NCBI GenBank assembly: GCA_963715865.1
Contig: OY970280.1
Location: 1,632,001-1,696,000 of the forward strand
Direction: 5' to 3'
DNA: 64,000 nucleotides
Source of the DNA: Candidatus Bathyarchaeota archaeon
GTDB taxonomy: Archaea; Thermoproteota; Bathyarchaeia; Bathyarchaeales; Bathycorpusculaceae
The position numbers were made by a program, and so were the translations under genes. Below, piece by piece: positions 56,932 through 64,000 of this stretch. The notes under the pieces are model-generated. The model saw nothing but the letters and a program-made list of their open reading frames with translations, was not told the DNA's origin and searched no databases. The first letter of the stretch is position 1. The number at the start of each line of letters is the position of its first letter.

Positions 56932-57201
56932 ATGAGTGAAAAAGAAGGCCAACTAAAACAAAAAATAGACACATTAGATAAAACGTTGCATGAAAGTGTT
57001 AAGTTTAGCCCACCAGCAGCTGTAATAACAAATTTTGAAAAAGTACGCGTTAACTTGGAAGATCTGAAAAATAGTTTGGATGAGGCAAAAAAAGATGCTA
57101 TTAAATCCACATCTTATGACATCAACGCCGACATAATTATTTGGGTTGCAATTGTTGAAGCATGGGAAAAATGGTTCGAGAAATGGTTTGGCAAGTCCTA
57201 A
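56932..57201 (+). CDS. Viral hypothetical protein
   Basis: 89-aa ORF. Confidence 0.55.
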   Translation: MSEKEGQLKQKIDTLDKTLHESVKFSPPAAVITNFEKVRVNLEDLKNSLDEAKKDAIKSTSYDINADIIIWVAIVEAWEKWFEKWFGKS

Positions 57202-57289
57202 GATGTACGTAGTAAATAGCCTCCGCTGAAATCTTAATTTAAATGCCGAAAAAAAAGAGCAAAACGTGCTCTCCAAGCGAAAAAAAACA

Positions 57290-57694
57290 TTAACTCACTG
57301 TTGCTGTTGACTGCGGCGCCGTAGTCTGCTGCTGAGTCTCCTCAAGCTTTTGCACTGCACCTGCAACAGCATTTAACGCTGTTTGCTGCGGGTTGCTAAC
57401 GTCAACTGGGCCGACGGCTGCTGCAATGGGCGCAACAACTTCTCGGATGCTGTTAAGATACTTGCTTGCTACCGTGCCGACAAGAGTTGACGCGAAAGGC
57501 GAAACGTAAATGCTGCTAAGCGGAGTCCCAGAGACGCTGAATCCAAGCGCCATAGCAAAACTGATTGCGACAGTGCGCAGAAACTTGGTTTCGCTGAAGG
57601 CTTCACCGCTGAGTTTCCAAGCAATCAACGCGTAAACGATTGACGTTACGACTGCAGCGAGTAAGCTGTAATAAACTGAAATATCCATGTTCAT
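57290..57694 (-). CDS. Holin-like / small multi-TM viral membrane protein
   Basis: GGAGGTGA RBS; TM helices around GEAFSETKFLRT; downstream of tail genes. Confidence 0.5.
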   Translation of the reverse strand: MNMDISVYYSLLAAVVTSIVYALIAWKLSGEAFSETKFLRTVAISFAMALGFSVSGTPLSSIYVSPFASTLVGTVASKYLNSIREVVAPIAAAVGPVDVSNPQQTALNAVAGAVQKLEETQQQTTAPQSTATVS

Positions 57695-57798
57695 TCTCAC
57701 CTCCATTAAACAAGCAATTACCGTGACTAGGAAAAACCAAGACTATGGTACCACGTACATCCTAAGCCCTAATGTACGTAGTAAAAAAAAACTTTAGA

Positions 57799-58068
57799 TT
57801 ATTCCCTTTTTGTTTTTTCTTCCGCTTTAAAATTAGCTTTAGCCACTGGAAGCGGCACATCCTTGTTAGCTTCCTTCACCACTTGACCTTTCAACTTCTG
57901 AATTTCCTGATCTTTCTCAGCGAGCATGGCATTCGTCACTTGAATGTAAGCCCCGAACGATTTAGCCAAGTCACTGTACGGCTTAAGCGCTATACTATAG
58001 TTCGTGTTAAACTCCGCCAGGATAGACTGGATTTGCTTTTCATGTTGAGATTCTGGTTGCTTCATCAT
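57799..58068 (-). CDS. Viral coiled-coil hypothetical protein
   Basis: 89 aa. Confidence 0.6.
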   Translation of the reverse strand: MMKQPESQHEKQIQSILAEFNTNYSIALKPYSDLAKSFGAYIQVTNAMLAEKDQEIQKLKGQVVKEANKDVPLPVAKANFKAEEKTKRE

Positions 58069-58120
58069 CTAGTTAATCCCTCCTTTACTTTTCTTTAAAA
58101 CTTCAATTTGTAACCGCAAA

Positions 58121-61100
58121 TCATAGTGCGTATTCTATCCATGAATCTATCCATGAATAAGACGTATTTTCGCTCCAATTATTATGCAACGAATACGTCG
58201 ATCCATTCGGAACTATGGCTGTTATGCAAGAAGACATGTAATTGTAGAGGGAATTACAAATTCTACCAGCCTTAACCCCATCTACATAAAGCGTTGTCCA
58301 AATCGCGTATGATGAACCAGCGGGAGCAGTAATTATGGTTATAACTATAACTTTATCATAACCAGTATTATTGGTATAGTCAGTACCAAGGGCTCTTGAT
58401 GCTGTTACATCAAGCACGTAAGTTGATAGATGGCTCGAATTGTATGAATTATTATATCCAATAGCAGTTAAGTTTCCTGCAAGCGTCAAGTTTCCCGAAC
58501 TATCTAAACTCCACAACGTAGAGTTTAATAGAAGTTCTTGAGATGTAACCTTAAATGGATTGGTATCAACAGACGTTATATACGCCGAAGGAACCTCCGA
58601 CCAATGGTGCCCATCAAGCAAATCAGCGTTCAAATTGGGGCACATGGTTGTCGATATGACGCTTAACGGTGCGGTTCCAATCGCTATGTTGATGCCGACG
58701 GCGTTATCGGTTGAAAACGCTTTCGCCCATAAATTTTGCTCAACAATCAAACCGCCATCTGAAGGCGTTTGAACGCGCAAACTGTCCTTATTCGCTTGTG
58801 TCCCCGTTGTTGGACGGTAAAAAGCCACGTTCGTGTCTAAAAAGTTAAAGTCAGACTGAACCGTAATATAAGTGTGGTCTAAACCTAAAAGTTGATTGCA
58901 GAAAAGTTGGTCGCTGTCAACAAACTTGAGATAATGCCCTGAGCTGCCGAACCCAAATGTTTTGTCTGAACCGTCAGGAACCAAGTAGCGGATTCCGCTT
59001 GTGATGCCCACGGTGAAACTGGTTGTCGCGCCGTTGCCGTTGCCCCTGATCGTCAATGTGAGAGCGTCAAGGTCATTCAAGTACAGGTTCGCAGGTAACT
59101 CAGTGTCAGCGCGAAGCAGAAAAAGCGTATCGTAATCAGCGCTTAAAACATCAAAGTATTTTTCTGCCCACGCACCGCTTATGTAACACCACAAGCTTTT
59201 GCGGTCAGTGCGATAGAAATAGTCGTACGGGTTCATTCCCGACGTCGGGTTACTAGTTCCACTCGGGTAACTGCCAAGCGGATCACTCATGCCAATGATC
59301 GTGCCCGTTAAATCAAACAGGGGCGGGCAATACCTGCCCTGGAAACCCTCACCCATCAAGATTGCGCCGCCGCCCGTGTGCTTGTACGGGTCACTGCTTG
59401 TACCCAGAAAACCGAAAGTCTGAGTGTCTTTCTCTATGAATAAAGCTTGGTTAATGCAAAACATCGGATCAGAAAGCACAGTTGAATGGTCTAACGGGCT
59501 GATTACGGACGCAAAAATGTCAATATAGTTCCCTGAAGGATTAGCAACGTTAGTCGGAACACCATCAACAAGTACGTCGCCGTTATCCTTCAAAACCAAC
59601 AAGTTATCCAAAGTAAGCTGATTAATGATTTCAAGGTTAGCAAGCTGACCTGGAAAACCGCCTGCGCCGCCCCCACTGCTCCCTCCGCCGCTGCCCTGCG
59701 ATTGCTTCGCCAAAACACGCATCAAATAATCCATCATCACCGGCTCATCACTCAACAACAACTCGCTTGTCCAGTACACGTCAATAATCGAGTGCGTAAC
59801 TTCCAAAATGCGGAAATAAGCGTCAACGCCCTCATTCGCCAAAACCACGTGCTGCATGTAACCAGGAACAAAATCATAATTGCCAACACAGCTTACCTTC
59901 AACGTGACAACTTTGTCCTGAGTGTACGCAAGCTTCCCAGCAGCCGCGAGAGCGCAAGCCTCATCACTTGCCAACGTAGTGTCAGTGACAGGATCAGCCC
60001 AGCGAACACCATACTTAGCGAGACGCGCAGCATCAGTGTCCATGGCGGTGCCGACACAGGGCATACCACTAAAATACAAATCATCAAGCAAGAAGTAAAA
60101 TGTATCGTTGGAACTACCAGGCGTACCTTGAACGTAGAAGCATACGTCTGAAATATTATTCCAGTCTGGGCTTCCAACTTCAACCCATTTGCCGCTGGGG
60201 TTAGTTATAGCGTCATAAACTTGGTCTGGACCGACGGGAATAGTTGTTTCTTCTTTCCAAGTGTCATTAGGATTTGTTAATTCTACATAGAAATAGTTTG
60301 AAGCATCAGGCGCATACAAGCGGATTTGCTCATGCTGCATCGATGCTAACCCACCTATGTGATATTTCCAATAGAAATGCACATTTGTAGCGGCTGATTT
60401 ACCGACAAAAACTAAGGTTGAAGGTAAGGCGCGGTGAAATTGAATTGTTCGAATACCTGATATGCCAGCCGAATCTGCTTCAAGCGAGTCACTACCGATT
60501 TTTTTATCACTTGAATTCGCAATTACTTGAACACCTAAATCTAGTACCCAACCAGTGCCATATGTCCAATCATCACCTGTCGCAGGCACCATCTTCAACG
60601 GAACAGTCTTGTTAACGCCGCCTTCAACAACAACCTGCGTTGACGCGCCGTACACGATGTACGCGTTCCGCACACGCAGCGCGTCGTCCTCTTTAATATA
60701 AACTTGGAAAACGCCTGCCAAGTCAACCGTGCTGTTACGGCTGCCACGCGCAAACACCTGCAACACGCCAGGAGGAGAAACGTAACCGTCAAAACCAACT
60801 GCGCCCCCGCTTGTTTCCGCAGCAGGCAAAATAGCTTTAAGAACTTTATCAGGCGAAGCATCATCAAAAGTCTCACTGAAAAGCGACGCAATAGCATTTT
60901 CCACATCCACGCCTGCAGCGCTCAAATAATTACAGAGTGCAACGGCTTCCTGAATGATTGTTTTGCCGTTTTCAGCCACATAGTTTTTGGTAAGCGTAGC
61001 AGGCGGGGCTTGCGCTTCCTCGCCGTAATCCATACATTCCACAGGAATATAGAATTCCTGCGTATCCGCGTTGCCCGACGATGTGGGCTTAGTGATTTTG

Positions 61101-61753
61101 CCGCCGAACACTTTCTTAGGCGATAATCCAGTTCGGGCAACCCATAAGAGTACATGGTCAAACTCGCAGACTTTCCCCGTGTACTGCCCAGCAATGTTAG
61201 GCAGTTTAAACGTGCAACCGCCAACGCCACGACTCCAAATACTCTGAATCAACTGCAACTCTTCAACCGCATCAAAAGTGGTTACGCCGTCGCATGGAAT
61301 AAGAAACGTGCCTGTGATTGCACAGTAATCGAAAACTACGTTTTGCCCTGCAGAGCCAGAAGCAACTAGGTCAATGTCTGTGATGGTGCTTGAAGGCGGA
61401 CTGGAAAGGTGCGTGTACCAGTAGTAAAGGTCAACTTGCTGCAGGCCTGTTGCTGTGCCCGAGGTTACAAGCCGCCAACTTGAGTCGCCTTGAAGCATCA
61501 AGTAAACTTGCCAAGTTGCAGTACGACTGTTAACCCTGAAAACAAGAGCCAAAGGGTTAACAACTGGAATGCTAAGGGCCTTGCTGAAGTGCTGCAGTGT
61601 TTGCCCAGACTTAATAGTTAAAGTTGCAGCGTCACCATCCAACGTAACCTGGCCCGTAGGCGTTTGAACCCAACCTACTTCTAAGAAGTGGTCTGAGAAC
61701 AGCTTTGGCGCATGAAAGACTTCAACGTACGTCAAAGCATTACCTAAACTCAT
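58121..61753 (-). CDS. Large tail/baseplate-fibre protein (1210 aa)
   Basis: Follows tape-measure-like gene; hub-like region (YIPVECMDY, GFDGYVSPPG, RVRNAYIVYG), Gly linker, NLNADLLDGHH fibre motif. Confidence 0.75.
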   Translation of the reverse strand: MSLGNALTYVEVFHAPKLFSDHFLEVGWVQTPTGQVTLDGDAATLTIKSGQTLQHFSKALSIPVVNPLALVFRVNSRTATWQVYLMLQGDSSWRLVTSGTATGLQQVDLYYWYTHLSSPPSSTITDIDLVASGSAGQNVVFDYCAITGTFLIPCDGVTTFDAVEELQLIQSIWSRGVGGCTFKLPNIAGQYTGKVCEFDHVLLWVARTGLSPKKVFGGKITKPTSSGNADTQEFYIPVECMDYGEEAQAPPATLTKNYVAENGKTIIQEAVALCNYLSAAGVDVENAIASLFSETFDDASPDKVLKAILPAAETSGGAVGFDGYVSPPGVLQVFARGSRNSTVDLAGVFQVYIKEDDALRVRNAYIVYGASTQVVVEGGVNKTVPLKMVPATGDDWTYGTGWVLDLGVQVIANSSDKKIGSDSLEADSAGISGIRTIQFHRALPSTLVFVGKSAATNVHFYWKYHIGGLASMQHEQIRLYAPDASNYFYVELTNPNDTWKEETTIPVGPDQVYDAITNPSGKWVEVGSPDWNNISDVCFYVQGTPGSSNDTFYFLLDDLYFSGMPCVGTAMDTDAARLAKYGVRWADPVTDTTLASDEACALAAAGKLAYTQDKVVTLKVSCVGNYDFVPGYMQHVVLANEGVDAYFRILEVTHSIIDVYWTSELLLSDEPVMMDYLMRVLAKQSQGSGGGSSGGGAGGFPGQLANLEIINQLTLDNLLVLKDNGDVLVDGVPTNVANPSGNYIDIFASVISPLDHSTVLSDPMFCINQALFIEKDTQTFGFLGTSSDPYKHTGGGAILMGEGFQGRYCPPLFDLTGTIIGMSDPLGSYPSGTSNPTSGMNPYDYFYRTDRKSLWCYISGAWAEKYFDVLSADYDTLFLLRADTELPANLYLNDLDALTLTIRGNGNGATTSFTVGITSGIRYLVPDGSDKTFGFGSSGHYLKFVDSDQLFCNQLLGLDHTYITVQSDFNFLDTNVAFYRPTTGTQANKDSLRVQTPSDGGLIVEQNLWAKAFSTDNAVGINIAIGTAPLSVISTTMCPNLNADLLDGHHWSEVPSAYITSVDTNPFKVTSQELLLNSTLWSLDSSGNLTLAGNLTAIGYNNSYNSSHLSTYVLDVTASRALGTDYTNNTGYDKVIVITIITAPAGSSYAIWTTLYVDGVKAGRICNSLYNYMSSCITAIVPNGSTYSLHNNWSENTSYSWIDSWIEYAL

Positions 61754-61845
61754 CGAATATTCACCTCAAACATAGACGTTCAGCATCCACTCCTCGAAAT
61801 AAACTTGATAAGCAACCGTTACCCATAACAAAATAGGCAGAAAAC

Positions 61846-62157
61846 ATGGATTCCACAACAAAGAAAGGCATAGCCGAATTCGCCATAATCGCGATAATCG
61901 TGGCAACCTCAGCCAGCTTAGTCTGGTACTGGGGCCTACGAACTTACAGCGTCACAGGAACCATAACTGAGTTAAATTCAACACCTGACGGAGAGTACAT
62001 TGTTCATTTAAATAACAACGTAACTTTAACGGTTGAAAGCAACCTGTGGGTTCGCTCAAACCTAAGCGATAAGCAACTTTTTGAGTCATTAAAGGTTGGT
62101 GCTTCATATAATTTTTCTTGTTGGGGTGAAACACCGCACATATATCAAGCAAAATAA
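61846..62157 (+). CDS. Single-pass membrane protein, opposite strand inside tail module (moron-like)
   Basis: N-terminal TM helix, beta-rich ectodomain. Confidence 0.6.
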   Translation: MDSTTKKGIAEFAIIAIIVATSASLVWYWGLRTYSVTGTITELNSTPDGEYIVHLNNNVTLTVESNLWVRSNLSDKQLFESLKVGASYNFSCWGETPHIYQAK

Positions 62158-62165
62158 ATCAGTAA

Positions 62166-63134
62166 CTAAGGCTGGCTAAGCGGGAACCCGTTTCTCCGCA
62201 AATTACTCAACACGCGATTCGTAAGCTTATCAGCATCATAATTACTAGCGAACGTGCTACCTCTCGCGTCAACACTTATGCTCATCGCGTTATTGCGAGT
62301 TTCAGACGCAGTTTGAACAGATTCGCCCTGGTGCAGCTGGTACATGCCCGTTTCAGCAACGTAGTTAGTTTCAGACGCAGTTTGAACAGATTCGCCCTGG
62401 TGCAGCTGGTACATGCCCGTTTCAGCAACGTAGTTAGTGCCAAACTGATGACTACCCAAGCTTTCATACGCAACAATGCCGGCGACAGCAGCAGCGCCAG
62501 CAAGCATAAACGGAACAGCAGCACCCATCGAAGACACTGCATTCGCAATAAAAGATGCGGCTGCCCGAGCGTACTCAGCGATTGATGCTGCAATACTACT
62601 AGCCGTTATCGCGGCTATAGCAGCTGCGAAGGCTCCACTCACGGCGGCGCCGACAGTTGAAATAGCCGAGGTAAAAGCGGTTGCAGCGCCCCGAGCATTC
62701 TCCGCAATCGCCGCAGCAATACTACTACTTGTGATAGCAGCTATGGCGCCTGCGAATGCACCGCTAACAGCAGCCCCAACACTTGAGACCGCTGTTGTAA
62801 ATGTGGTTGCAGCAGCACGCGCGTTCTCAGCAATAGTAGCCGCAGTTTCAGCCGACGTCAAAACCGAAAGAGCCGCCGAAAAATCGCGGATAATGCTAAT
62901 TACGCTCATGGCTGCGCCGACAGCTTCAAACGCAGCAGCCATCTGCTTCAACGTAGTGTTATTCAAGCCAAGCAAAGTGTTCAAGCGCATGATGCTTGTG
63001 CCAGCACGGCTAAAATCCATAGCTAAGCCGCGAACGCTCAAGCTAACGCCTGAAATGTTACCCGTAACCTCGTCAGTTGTAGCTTTCACCAAGTTACGGC
63101 CAGTAAACGTGAAAACTACTTCATGCTCACTCAA
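62166..63134 (-). CDS. Short tape-measure-like protein
   Basis: Ala-rich with 42-aa repeats, C-terminal GSHQFGTNYVAETGMYQLHQGE motif, position after chaperone. Confidence 0.72.
   Translation of the reverse strand: MSEHEVVFTFTGRNLVKATTDEVTGNISGVSLSVRGLAMDFSRAGTSIMRLNTLLGLNNTTLKQMAAAFEAVGAAMSVISIIRDFSAALSVLTSAETAATIAENARAAATTFTTAVSSVGAAVSGAFAGAIAAITSSSIAAAIAENARGAATAFTSAISTVGAAVSGAFAAAIAAITASSIAASIAEYARAAASFIANAVSSMGAAVPFMLAGAAAVAGIVAYESLGSHQFGTNYVAETGMYQLHQGESVQTASETNYVAETGMYQLHQGESVQTASETRNNAMSISVDARGSTFASNYDADKLTNRVLSNLRRNGFPLSQP
62299..62436. repeat. Perfect 69-bp tandem duplication in tape-measure gene
   Basis: Two identical 69-bp units (23 aa: TNYVAETGMYQLHQGESVQTASE). Confidence 0.95.
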
Positions 63135-63475
63135 CCAAGAAACTCCCCAATTTTATCAGCCAAAGCACTAAACGCGTACTCAGCATACTCCCAAGCAAGA
63201 GTCAGAAACATTTTCGCTCGGACCCACCGTGTACCAAACTCCTGATAAACCGCGTAGCTGGCGCCAGCAATCAAATGCCACTCATCACCGACACGCTCCC
63301 AAAAAATCGTTGAACGCAAAAAACCAGTCCGCACAGGCGCAACCGACTTAGCAACCTCAACAGCCCCATCCATCACTTCACCCATCTCCACCGTGATTAA
63401 ATCGTCAAGTTCACCAGCGAAACCGCTAATAAACTGCTCCACCGCCGAATCGTCGACGTCAATTTCAACGCTCAC
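63131..63475 (-). CDS. HK97 gp10-like tail completion protein
   Basis: APVRTGFLRSTI...YAVYQEFGT motifs. Confidence 0.85.
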   Translation of the reverse strand: MSVEIDVDDSAVEQFISGFAGELDDLITVEMGEVMDGAVEVAKSVAPVRTGFLRSTIFWERVGDEWHLIAGASYAVYQEFGTRWVRAKMFLTLAWEYAEYAFSALADKIGEFLG

Positions 63476-63992
63476 TTTTTCGTTTGCTCCTTCAACCTCG
63501 TGTTTTGCCCATCCAAGTAGGCGCTCACTACGAGAATTTCCCGGGCATCTTCACGCTTAAGCATGCTAGGCAAACAATGCAGTTCACTGCAGAGCATCGC
63601 CATGTGCGCCTCGCTACCTACAACTACTGTTCCGCTGTAGGCGGCGTCAAAGATTTTTTTCTGTCATCCTCCGACAAGAAACTATGCTTATTAATGCAGT
63701 TAGTCAGTAAATCAACGATTCCGAATGGAACGCCATTCTCGGTTTTGTCAAGCAGTTTTTCGCGAGTGATCACTGGTTTACCGTCTGCATCCATGGGTTG
63801 CGATTTAAGTGCAGCCATGATTTTGTCAGCGTTAATCTGGTCAACATTGATTTTCACGATTTGCCCCTGCGGAGTCATAACCGTCTGCTTAGCTTGAATC
63901 TCCACCATCCGCCCAAAACTTACCCTAACAATAACGTATGTACCAGCGTATTCCTCGTAGGCTTCGTCCAAGACGATTTTTGCTTCCTTCAT
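63472..63992 (-). CDS. Tail assembly chaperone with programmed -1 frameshift (gpG 63624-63992; extended gpGT to 63472)
   Basis: A AAA AAA slippery heptamer at 63654-63660; -1 frame open to a TGA overlapping the next GTG. Confidence 0.8.
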
Positions 63993-64000
63993 TCTTTCAC

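Larger units (their letters stand above)
48079..64000. mobile_element. Integrated tailed archaeal provirus (continues beyond window)
   Basis: Tyrosine integrase at left edge, dense overlapping small ORFs with GGAGG RBS, RHH regulators, ParB-like genes, tail chaperone, HK97-gp10-like, tape-measure-like and tail proteins. Confidence 0.92.

Noticed and set aside
62476-63171. 231-aa plus-strand Ala-rich ORF
   Set aside because: Antisense shadow of the tape-measure-like gene.

Overview
Archaeal chromosome segment. The r-protein set (eL19, eL32, eS4), Rpp29, SecY-EMC3-Cmk and the gene style suggest a TACK lineage, most likely Bathyarchaeia (inference). 1-48 kb is host DNA: argF, vapBC, ilvC, thrC, glycosyltransferases, a long S10/spc r-protein cluster (uL22 to secY), hypE/hypD/hypC/hypF, a small ATPase islet flanked by a duplicated acyl-CoA ligase 3' end, an intron-containing tRNA-Met, Hsp20, RPA and a beta-decarboxylating dehydrogenase. 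From about 48.1 kb to the window end lies an integrated tailed (HK97/siphovirus-like) provirus. It has a doubly frameshifted tyrosine integrase, an early operon, RHH regulators, two ParB-like genes and tail genes with a -1 frameshifting tail chaperone. The standout is in the early operon: a ~1.03 kb array of 5-nt (NN-GGY) units, split into ~13 blocks by TATT/CATT-type separators, directly upstream of a stand-alone Cas7/RAMP-like gene with no other cas genes. This looks like a viral programmable RNA-guided system with non-contiguous guides. The whole array is also kept as a stop-free, translationally coupled ORF. All counts and alignments were done by eye; no database searches were run.
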